Source: a virus
Lineage: Duplodnaviria > Heunggongvirae > Uroviricota > Caudoviricetes
Reading direction: 5' to 3' (one strand)
IMG/VR virus record: IMGVR_UViG_2721755676_000005
Location: 1-7,647 of that record
DNA length: 7,647 bases
This document shows positions 1-6,137 of this stretch, one piece after another. The notes beneath the pieces are model-generated. The model was not told the DNA's origin. It made no database searches and worked only from the letters and a program-made list of their open reading frames with translations. Position numbers and translations under genes: made by a program. The stretch's first letter is position 1, and the number at the start of each line of letters is the position of its first letter.

Positions 1-405
1 ATGGATCAGGTCGTTGTTTTTCAAAAGATGTTTGAGCAAGTGAGAAAAGAGCAAAACTTCTCCTGGTTTTATTCAGAATTAAAACATCACCGTATTGCAC
101 ATTACATTTATTATCTGGCTACGGATAACATCAGAATTATTACTCACGATGACACGGTTTTGTTATTAAGAGGAACCAGGAACCTGTTAAAAGTTAGTAC
201 GACCAAGAACCCTGCTAAAATAAAAGAGGCCGCATTGCTTCATATTTGCGGAAAATCTACATTTCGGGAATACTGTTCAACACTAGCAGGCGCGGGCGTT
301 TTCCGGTGGGTTACTGATGTTAATCATAACAAACGCAGTTACTACGCCATTGATAATACGCTTTTATATATTGAAGATGTAGAAAATAATAAACCATTAA
401 TCTAG
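1..405 (+). CDS. ycgX: Small DUF1398-family protein, YcgX-like (134 aa)
   Basis: ATG at 1-3, uninterrupted 134-codon ORF. Length and position (upstream of iraM, near icdC/mcrA) match the ycgX locus of E. coli K-12 as I recall it. Family assignment is from memory and synteny, not a visible motif. Confidence 0.55.
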   Translation: MDQVVVFQKMFEQVRKEQNFSWFYSELKHHRIAHYIYYLATDNIRIITHDDTVLLLRGTRNLLKVSTTKNPAKIKEAALLHICGKSTFREYCSTLAGAGVFRWVTDVNHNKRSYYAIDNTLLYIEDVENNKPLI

Positions 406-612
406 CTAAAGTTGGATGCTTAAGAAATGCTTCATAATTCAGTAAGGCATTAGCATAATGGGAATAAAAGTACAGAGACTATCCCTATGGATGATAAATA
501 CTGTCCTTTTATTGCTACCCATAAATAATCACCATGCCAATACTATCAAATTGATATTTGAAATGTGATCACTTGACTTTCTATACGTTATTTTATAACG
601 GTTAATATATTT

Positions 613-663
613 ATAAAAACAACGGGTGTGCCATACGCCCGTTTCAATACTTAACGCACATGT
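613..663. repeat. Orphan copy of the ~50-bp icd-terminator-like repeat, including an imperfect hairpin (AACGGGTGT-GCCAT-ACGCCCGTT at 621-643)
   Basis: Aligns with 1474-1522 at roughly 80% identity with one indel (ATAAAAACAACGGGYGTG..ATACGCCCGTTKCAATAYT..ACATGT). The stem has one G-U-type mismatch relative to the perfect copy. No coding sequence is attached to it. Confidence 0.5.
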
Positions 664-1100
664 GTTTTGGTTTAGTCATCATCCAGTTATATGTATTTTA
701 GCCAGGAACAGGTTAAACCTTTCCTATATAACTCAAAAATTGAAACCTTATTCTCATGTCATGCTTATATTCATTATTATCGTTATATAAAAAGGCAACC
801 ATAATGTTTAGCAAATTGGCACAAAGTAGCATAAAGGCTATGTTTTAATTACAGGATGTTCAGTCATTTGAATGTATAACATTATAGCTAAACAAATCTA
901 AAACGAAGTGAATAATTTATTGTTTTCACTAAATCTCATTTTGTTTAACATCCATTGAGATTCCTTGCTTTAAATTTTGTTTTATATAAGCAATCGTTTT
1001 AATTAATTTATTTTTTGAAGGGGTAATATACTCATATGCAAAATAAAGAAATGAACATCCAAATGAACTATATTAAATACCGTGGGATAAGACATAACAA

Positions 1101-1424
1101 ATGAAGTGGATAGTAATTGACACGATAATTCAACCTTCATGCGGCATATCTTTTTCAGCCATATGGGGTAATATGAAAATGATCATCTGGTATCAATCTA
1201 CTATATTTCTCCCTCCTGGCAGTATATTTACACCGGTTAAATCTGGAATTATCCTTAAAGATAAAGAATATCCTATTACTATTTATAACATCGCACCATT
1301 CAACAAGAATTTATGGAGTCTACTCAAAAGCAGTCAAGAGTGTCCTCCAGGAGAAAGCAAAATAACAAATAAATGTTTGCATAATAGTTGCATTATAAAA
1401 ATATGCCCATATGGGCTCAAGTAA
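1101..1424 (+). CDS. iraM: Anti-adaptor protein IraM (inhibits RssB-mediated RpoS degradation), 107 aa
   Basis: ATG at 1101, 107-aa ORF. The translation (MKWIVIDT...[13 protein letters not shown]...KICPYGLK) matches my recollection of E. coli IraM almost residue for residue. Low-GC gene in an AT-rich island next to icdC, as in K-12. Confidence 0.75.
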   Translation: MKWIVIDTIIQPSCGISFSAIWGNMKMIIWYQSTIFLPPGSIFTPVKSGIILKDKEYPITIYNIAPFNKNLWSLLKSSQECPPGESKITNKCLHNSCIIKICPYGLK

Positions 1425-1470
1425 AGGGTTTTATATAAATATGCTCGATATGCTATTAATAATACCTACA

Positions 1471-1503
1471 TAAATAAAACAACGGGCGTGTTATACGCCC
1501 GTT
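1471..1503 (-). terminator. Rho-independent terminator of the displaced icd 3' end
   Basis: Perfect 9-bp stem AACGGGCGT / ACGCCCGTT with a 5-nt loop at 1481-1503. On the minus strand it is followed by GTTTTATTTA (1480-1471) and sits 24 nt downstream of the icd-frame stop codon at 1527-1529. Confidence 0.6.
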
Positions 1504-1526
1504 GCAATATTAAACACATGTAGTGA

Positions 1527-1694
1527 TTACATATTCTTGATGATCGCGTCACCAAACTCTGAACATTTCAGCAGTTTAGCACCTTCCATCAGACGTTCGA
1601 AGTCATAGGTTACGGTCTTCGCGTTGATTGCGCCTTCCATACCTTTAACAATCAGGTCAGCCGCTTCAGTCCAACCCATATGGCGTAACATTAG
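1527..1694 (-). pseudogene. icdC: icdC: displaced 3'-terminal fragment (about 55 codons) of the isocitrate dehydrogenase gene, the e14-type attachment remnant
   Basis: Minus-strand translation reads (L)[54 protein letters not shown], which is the Icd C-terminus. An in-frame TAA lies immediately upstream at 1695-1697, so there is no 5' coding body. e14 is known to integrate in the 3' end of icd. Confidence 0.8.
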
Positions 1695-1749
1695 TTAGAT
1701 GACTAAATCGTAACTATTTGACATAGCAACATAATTTTACTAATTTGCA

Positions 1750-1786
1750 TATAACTCATTAGCCCTTAGCATTTCTATAACTCATT
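1750..1786. promoter_or_regulatory. Two perfect 11-bp direct repeats TATAACTCATT (1750-1760 and 1776-1786); candidate integrase arm-type binding sites just inside the prophage junction
   Basis: Exact 11-bp direct repeat, 26 bp start to start, within about 60-90 bp of the icdC/prophage junction. Lambda-family integrases bind direct-repeat arm sites flanking the core. Function is inferred only. Confidence 0.3.
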
Positions 1787-1924
1787 GATTATAAACATGT
1801 GTTTTTGAGTTTTGATAACCATTTTTAGCATAAAAATAGCAGTTAACATTTGCAGAAGTTAAGATCAGAGAAAATTTTTACCCTGTAGGGTATTACGTCT
1901 TAAATGTGACTTTAATAAATAATT

Positions 1925-2758
1925 TTATTTCTGTAATCGGTTTATATTAACGTAAAGCATCTCGATTAGTTCTTTTGCATTTTTACTATAGTGCAATTCT
2001 CTATGGCAATTCGGACAAAGGGCAACACAGTTATCTGTTGTATCAGCACCACCTGAAGACAGGGGAATTACATGATGCACTTCCAAATATGGGTTTCCAT
2101 CATTTAAATAAAACGGAGCATTTTTACCACAGTTTTCACATATACCTTTACTTTGCTGTAAAATCCAAGCTTTTACCATCGGGTCTCGGACATAAACTTT
2201 TTGTAGTCTTTCTACCTCAACTGGTTTCCTGGAGCCCTCGGGTTGACTCAACGTTTTCTTAATTAATTTACTAACCCTCATATTCAGAAGCGATTCATCA
2301 TCTGTAGGCTGTGAAAGCTCTGATAGTTCTCCACGTATTATAGACGCCCAAAAACTGTCACTATAAATACCTGGGACATTTATCAATATTCGTTTCGTTC
2401 TATTGCCGGAAGGAATTTCCTTTCTCCCCGTACGACTAAAATAAGCCTGATAACCACACATCTTCAAGCGTATATCGCGGGGGCTATTACCAATCAAAGT
2501 AAAATATTCACCAGGATGGATTTTTCTTTCATCCAAAGAATGCATATGTTTTCTGACTGATGATGACGCCAGATATACTACGACTTGGGATACACCAGAA
2601 TCAACCAACCGTTCAATGATATAATCAAGAGCGATATTGTAATCTTTGTTTCTGTCACCCGGCCCCCACGACTCAAGGATTAGACCATAAACACCATCCT
2701 CTTCACCTATCGAACACTCAGCTTTCAGTTCAATTCCATTATTATCAAAAACATGCAT
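1925..2758 (-). CDS. mcrA: McrA, HNH-family 5-methylcytosine-specific (type IV) restriction endonuclease, 277 aa
   Basis: ATG at 2756-2758 (minus strand), 277-aa ORF. The C-terminal HNH/zinc-finger motif is visible: CENCGKNAPFYLNDGNPYLEVHHVIPLSSGGADTTDNCVALCPNCHRELH. The translation matches my recollection of E. coli McrA, and the position next to pin and icdC is as in e14. Confidence 0.93.
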   Translation of the reverse strand: MHVFDNNGIELKAECSIGEEDGVYGLILESWGPGDRNKDYNIALDYIIERLVDSGVSQVVVYLASSSVRKHMHSLDERKIHPGEYFTLIGNSPRDIRLKMCGYQAYFSRTGRKEIPSGNRTKRILINVPGIYSDSFWASIIRGELSELSQPTDDESLLNMRVSKLIKKTLSQPEGSRKPVEVERLQKVYVRDPMVKAWILQQSKGICENCGKNAPFYLNDGNPYLEVHHVIPLSSGGADTTDNCVALCPNCHRELHYSKNAKELIEMLYVNINRLQK

Positions 2759-2864
2759 AATATTAATCTTTAATCAATTTTTCACGACAATACTACTTTT
2801 ATTGATAAAATTGCAACAAGTTGCTGTTGTTTTATTCTCTTTTGTACAAAAAGTGTCTTTAACT

Positions 2865-3419
2865 TTATTTATCCCCTGCAGGAAACCTCTTATACAAAGT
2901 TGACACACCAACATCATAGATAATCGCCACCTTCTGGCGAGGAACTCCTGATGCAATTAATCGTCCGGCCTGTTCCCATTGTTCTGGTGTAAGTTTGGGA
3001 CGACGTCCACCAATTCGTCCCTGTGCGCGAGCAGCTTCCAGTCCAGCTTTTGTTCTTTCAACAATCAGTTCACGCTCCATTTCAGCCAGGGCACCCATCA
3101 CATGAAAGAAAAAGCGCCCCATTGGGGTACTGGTATCAATTGAATCCGTCAGACTACGAAAGTTGATGCCTCGTTCGCGCAACTCCTCCACCAGCACGAC
3201 AAGATGCCGCATACTGCGCCCCAGCCGGTCCAGTTTCCAGACCACCAGCGTGTCACCTGCCGATAATGTCCTGAGCAGTTTTTTCAGTCCCGGCCTTTCG
3301 GACTTTGTACCGCTTATCTTGTCTTCAAAAATCAGCTCGCATCCTGCACAGTTCAGCGCATTACGTTGTAGATCTGTGTTCTGGTCATTTGTTGATACGC
3401 GTACATAGCCAATAAGCAT
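2865..3419 (-). CDS. pinE: Serine recombinase DNA invertase, Pin (Hin/Gin/Cin family), 184 aa
   Basis: Translation MLIGYVRVSTNDQNTDLQ...VVWKLDRLGRSMRHL...GINFRSLTDSIDTS.PMGRFFFHVMGALAEMERELIVERT...GGRRPKLT. with a C-terminal HTH. Catalytic Ser is in the RVSTNDQ motif. I take the ATG at 3417-3419 as the start: it is preceded by GGGGGA about 7 nt upstream, whereas the ORF-track start at 3455 adds 12 atypical residues. Confidence 0.92.
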   Translation of the reverse strand: MLIGYVRVSTNDQNTDLQRNALNCAGCELIFEDKISGTKSERPGLKKLLRTLSAGDTLVVWKLDRLGRSMRHLVVLVEELRERGINFRSLTDSIDTSTPMGRFFFHVMGALAEMERELIVERTKAGLEAARAQGRIGGRRPKLTPEQWEQAGRLIASGVPRQKVAIIYDVGVSTLYKRFPAGDK

Positions 3420-3445
3420 GGTAGATCCCCCTGACAAAAGCAGGA

Positions 3446-3967
3446 ATGATGCCATTTGCTCGTTATTTCTGCATTTTCATAAACGTTGGTTTGGGAGAAG
3501 GCTCTGCATTACCTGTTGGTGTGCCTGTTCCATGGCCTTCAGCCACACCGCCAACAGGCTGGCTGAAATGCAACGGTGCGGCATTTTCTGCTGAAGAATA
3601 CCCGGAACTGGCAAAGGCTTATCCAACAAATAAATTACCTGATTTACGCGGTGAGTTTATTCGTGGCTGGGATGACGGGCGCGGTATTGATGCAGGACGT
3701 GTTTTATTGAGCATTCAGACAGGGATGCTGGAAAAACACCGCCATATTGTTGTTGCAAATGATGGTTACGACACAAAAGATGAATGGGAACTGGCTACGA
3801 TTTTCAAAAAGACATACACACAAGGACGGGGACTTGATGCCACAAATACAGGAGGGAGTCTGATCCCATCACCGACACTTCATTCACGAGGGAGTATCGG
3901 TAATACTGGCGGGAATGAAACCCGTCCACGAAATATTGCATTTAATTTTATCGTGAGGGCTGCATAA
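3446..3967 (+). CDS. stfE: Tail-fibre variable C-terminal cassette (StfE-like), currently in the unfused (silent) orientation; true cassette coding begins at the crossover site, 3474
   Basis: Translation ...GLGEGSALPVGVPVPWPSATPPTGWLKCNGAAFSAEEYPELAKAYP...LPDLRGEFIRGW...ETRPRNIAFNFIVRAA shows the conserved hallmarks of Mu S / lambda Stf-type fibre tips (PxPWP motif, C-terminal NIAFN.IVR). The TAATG overlap couples it to the following tfa gene. Confidence 0.75.
   Translation: MMPFARYFCIFINVGLGEGSALPVGVPVPWPSATPPTGWLKCNGAAFSAEEYPELAKAYPTNKLPDLRGEFIRGWDDGRGIDAGRVLLSIQTGMLEKHRHIVVANDGYDTKDEWELATIFKKTYTQGRGLDATNTGGSLIPSPTLHSRGSIGNTGGNETRPRNIAFNFIVRAA
3474..3499. repeat. Pin crossover site, pin-proximal (26 bp): TTTTCATAAACG-TT-GGTTTGGGAGAA
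   Basis: Two 12-bp half-sites around a 2-bp core, matching the hix/gix/cix/pix pattern (TTNTCNNAAACC-NN-GGTTTNNGANAA). The inner half-site is the exact reverse complement of the inner half-site of the 5365-5390 site, and the core dinucleotide is inverted (TT versus AA). Confidence 0.7.
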
Positions 3968-4569
3968 TGGATAACGCCGTATTAAATAGCGAGCTTATTG
4001 CCACGAAGGCGGGGAATATTACCGTCTATAACTATGATGGTAAAACTCGGGAATATATTTCCACTTCAAATGAATATCTTGCCATTGGTGTCGGTATCCC
4101 TGCATATTCCTGTTTAGATGCCCCTGGCACACATAAGGCGGGTTATGCTATCTGCCGTTCGATGGATTTAAACTCATGGGAATATGTGCCAGATCATCGC
4201 GGTGAAATTGTCTATAGCACCGAAACAGGAGAATCGAAAGAAATCACAGCTCCGGGTGATTATCCTGAAAATACAACCACTATCGCCCCGTTAACGCCAT
4301 ACGATGAATGGAATGGTGAGAAATGGGTGACAGATACCGAGGCACAGCACGGCGCAGCAGTAGATGCAGCAGAAGCACAGCGCCAGTCGCTGATTGATAC
4401 TGCAATGGCCTCCATCAGTCTGATTCAACTGAAATTACAGGCCGGACGGAAGCTGACGCAGGCAGAAACAACCCGCCTTAACGCTGTGCTGGATTACATT
4501 GACGCGGTGACGGCAACAGATACCAGCACAGCGCCGGATGTCATCTGGCCTGAATTGCCGGAGGCGTAG
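3967..4569 (+). CDS. tfaE: Tail fibre assembly chaperone (TfaE-like), 200 aa
   Basis: ATG at 3967 overlapping the stop of the upstream fibre cassette. C-terminal ...DTSTAPDVIWPELPEA motif is typical of Tfa/U-type chaperones. Position immediately downstream of a fibre tip. Confidence 0.8.
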   Translation: MDNAVLNSELIATKAGNITVYNYDGKTREYISTSNEYLAIGVGIPAYSCLDAPGTHKAGYAICRSMDLNSWEYVPDHRGEIVYSTETGESKEITAPGDYPENTTTIAPLTPYDEWNGEKWVTDTEAQHGAAVDAAEAQRQSLIDTAMASISLIQLKLQAGRKLTQAETTRLNAVLDYIDAVTATDTSTAPDVIWPELPEA

Positions 4570-4984
4570 GCCATTCAATATCTGGCGCACCGGAAGTATC
4601 GATCAGCTCCAGTGCGTCCAGATAATCCAGCCACAAATTATATTGCGCCAGTTCCTCACCTTTCAGACGACCAATAGCGGCTTTACCAGGCCATTGCTTA
4701 CCGTTCATGTATTCGTTAGCCTGGTTAATTAGTAGCTGTCTTTCTGATTCAGTAATTTCAATAAGCTCTTCATGAGTAGGTGGAGGAATATCTGCCCACG
4801 CAGGTAGTCCATCCTCTCCGGCAATACGGACTTTTCCTTGTGGCGGTTCAGCCATAAACTCACTGACAATATTTTGATTCACCTCCTTAGCATCTGATAA
4901 ATCCCATCCTACTGATTTATATTTATCAATCATATCCACAGGGAAAAAAGCATTATGCCTGGCACTATAAACATATTCGTTCAT
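4541..4984 (-). CDS. tfaP: Tail fibre assembly chaperone (TfaP-like), about 147 aa from the ATG at 4982-4984
   Basis: Minus-strand ORF ending ...DTSGAPDIEWPTPPAIQAR, parallel to the TfaE C-terminus. The ORF-track start at 4993 is a GTG; the ATG three codons in has a good AGGGTG Shine-Dalgarno 6 nt upstream. Lies immediately downstream of the minus-strand fibre gene. Confidence 0.75.
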   Translation of the reverse strand: MNEYVYSARHNAFFPVDMIDKYKSVGWDLSDAKEVNQNIVSEFMAEPPQGKVRIAGEDGLPAWADIPPPTHEELIEITESERQLLINQANEYMNGKQWPGKAAIGRLKGEELAQYNLWLDYLDALELIDTSGAPDIEWPTPPAIQAR

Positions 4985-5004
4985 ATAAATCACCCTGAAT
5001 AAAA

Positions 5005-5661
5005 TTACTCACCAACAGCCCACCAACTGTAATGCATAGATACCGTGTCACTGGTTGATGACGTTCTGTAAGCAGAATTAAAGCCGGTTAACGTAGGGCC
5101 TTCTGCAGTCATCACGAACCCTCGCCCAGCGCCTAAAGGCGCACCGCCATCACCAGAATGGGTAAGAATGGCGCAGTCCGCTTTTTTAGGGAAAGGGATA
5201 GGAAATGTAATCCTCATTGTTTGCGTCGATAATTTCGGCATAGCCTCGCCTCGACCATATTGCAGAATTTTACCGTTGGGTAATTTCATCCATCCATCAC
5301 CACTGGCAAAAGAGGCCATGTCCGGTATCTGATTTTCCCCTGTCCCTACATCCCGTTTTGCCGCTTCTCCCAAACCAAGGTTTTCGAGAGCCGTTTTCAC
5401 CGTGCCATCCGATTTGATATCACCAAACGGATTCTTGCGGCTTAACAGCAGAGCACGAAGCGCGGTAAGCAACTGGTCGTTTCGCCCCTTCTCCAGGCTG
5501 GCACCGGATGCCTCCACCACGCTGCAAAGCTCCTCCTGCAACATATCAAAGTAGTCATCATCGAGATCGGTGGCAGGTGTGCCAGTCTGGGGGTTACCAC
5601 GGGTACCCACCCGCCTGGTGTGCAACCTTCGCCAGGCACCGGGAGGCACCCGGCACCACAA
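5005..5661 (-). CDS. stfP: 5'-truncated side tail fibre gene (StfP-like): short constant-region stub fused in frame across the crossover site to the second variable C-terminus
   Basis: Translation contains ...[35 protein letters not shown] (resembles the end of the constant region of lambda Stf / P2 H fibres) followed by a distinct variable tip. The ORF-track start at 5661 is a TTG with an in-frame stop just upstream, and the first ~35 residues are not fibre-like, so the real N-terminus is missing or uncertain. Confidence 0.65.
   Translation of the reverse strand: MWCRVPPGAWRRLHTRRVGTRGNPQTGTPATDLDDDYFDMLQEELCSVVEASGASLEKGRNDQLLTALRALLLSRKNPFGDIKSDGTVKTALENLGLGEAAKRDVGTGENQIPDMASFASGDGWMKLPNGKILQYGRGEAMPKLSTQTMRITFPIPFPKKADCAILTHSGDGGAPLGAGRGFVMTAEGPTLTGFNSAYRTSSTSDTVSMHYSWWAVGE
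5365..5390. repeat. Pin crossover site, pin-distal (26 bp): TTCTCCCAAACC-AA-GGTTTTCGAGAG
   Basis: Inverted partner of the 3474-3499 site, sharing 15 bp of identity (TTGGTTTGGGAGAAG on the complementary strand) through the core and inner half-site. It encodes ...ALENLGLGE... in the fibre frame. Confidence 0.7.
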
Positions 5662-5682
5662 CTTTATGCTGTGTGTAGTCTT

Positions 5683-5729
5683 GGCGGTACCAGCTTGTAC
5701 CCTTGCTTCCGGCTGGTACCGCCCTTTTT
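5683..5729 (+). terminator. GC-rich hairpin (12-bp perfect stem GGCGGTACCAGC / GCTGGTACCGCC, 17-nt loop) followed by CTTTTT; candidate plus-strand intrinsic terminator
   Basis: Perfect 12-bp inverted repeat at 5683-5694 and 5712-5723 with a T5 run at 5725-5729. No plus-strand gene is obviously upstream, so the role is unclear (may be a relic, or block read-through into xis). Confidence 0.3.
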
Positions 5730-5818
5730 ACAAAACAGAGAAGAGTATCCCCGGATGACGGGGTCATAACCCGATCCATCCTGATAATTGTGGCCACAGG
5801 TGCTCTTCTCTGTTTTGT
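5730..5818. repeat. Perfect 16-bp inverted repeat pair (ACAAAACAGAGAAGAG at 5730-5745 and CTCTTCTCTGTTTTGT at 5803-5818) flanking a 57-bp spacer that contains a CCCCG/CGGGG mini-hairpin
   Basis: Read directly from the sequence. Lies between the truncated fibre stub and xis. Function unknown. Confidence 0.5.
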
Positions 5819-5891
5819 GGAGAAACTAACCGACCTTGCAGGGTCGATATGCAGAGACTGAACAGTTAGTGAAGTAACAAGGTGATCGCAT

Positions 5892-6137
5892 ATGCTTCAA
5901 ATGTTAACTCTTGAAGAATGGGCCTCTGAAAAATACAGAAGTAATCCTCCAAGTGTGTCCACATTGCGTCGTTATGCTAAGCAGAATTTATTTTGCCCAC
6001 CGGCCATGAAACAAGGTCGGTTATGGCGAGTGCGTGAGGACGCTGAGTTAGTTGGGGAGTTGGTAACACCAGTAATCAAGAAAAATGACTCATTACTTTT
6101 GCAACGGATCTTGAGTGATGGCAGCCAGACCGCGTAA
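5892..6137 (+). CDS. xisE: Excisionase (XisE-like), 81 aa
   Basis: ATG at 5892 with an AAGGTG Shine-Dalgarno 7 nt upstream. Small basic protein immediately upstream of the integrase and overlapping it by about 20 nt, as lambda xis/int do. Sequence agrees with my recollection of e14 XisE. Confidence 0.85.
   Translation: MLQMLTLEEWASEKYRSNPPSVSTLRRYAKQNLFCPPAMKQGRLWRVREDAELVGELVTPVIKKNDSLLLQRILSDGSQTA

Larger units (their letters stand above)
3474..5390. other. Pin-invertible P segment (~1.9 kb) carrying two alternative cassettes of tail-fibre variable C-terminus plus Tfa chaperone
   Basis: Bounded by inverted 26-bp crossover sites. Contains convergent stf-variable/tfa pairs. The invertase gene lies about 55 bp outside one site, the same architecture as Mu G, P1 C and e14 P segments. 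Confidence 0.75.

Noticed and set aside
1975-2262. 95-aa plus-strand ORF
   Set aside because: Lies entirely antisense within mcrA, has a low-complexity translation and no ribosome-binding site; frame artefact.
2774-2956. 60-aa minus-strand ORF
   Set aside because: Overlaps the 3' end of pin in another frame and runs into the pin-mcrA spacer; no support.
3163-3408. 81-aa plus-strand ORF
   Set aside because: Antisense inside pin; Ser/Thr/Arg-rich translation typical of a wrong-frame read.
3420-3455. 12-codon N-terminal extension of pin (MASFLLLSGGST)
   Set aside because: Serine invertases begin M-L/K-I-G-Y with the catalytic Ser near residue 10; the ATG at 3417-3419 has a proper GGGGGA Shine-Dalgarno, so the extension is a fortuitous upstream in-frame ATG.
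3446-3473. Independent translation start for the silent fibre cassette upstream of the crossover site
   Set aside because: The only Shine-Dalgarno-like sequence (AGGA) abuts the ATG with essentially no spacer, and the residues encoded before the crossover site are not fibre-like; probably a fortuitous ORF extension rather than a real standalone gene start.
4538-4732. 64-aa plus-strand ORF
   Set aside because: Antisense within tfaP and overlapping the tfaE 3' end; no independent support.
5442-5797. Three short ORFs (5442-5639 minus, 5570-5758 plus, 5594-5797 minus)
   Set aside because: Overlapping frames across the GC-rich junction and hairpin region; Arg/Pro/Gly/Trp-rich translations typical of GC-rich non-coding frames; non-ATG starts.
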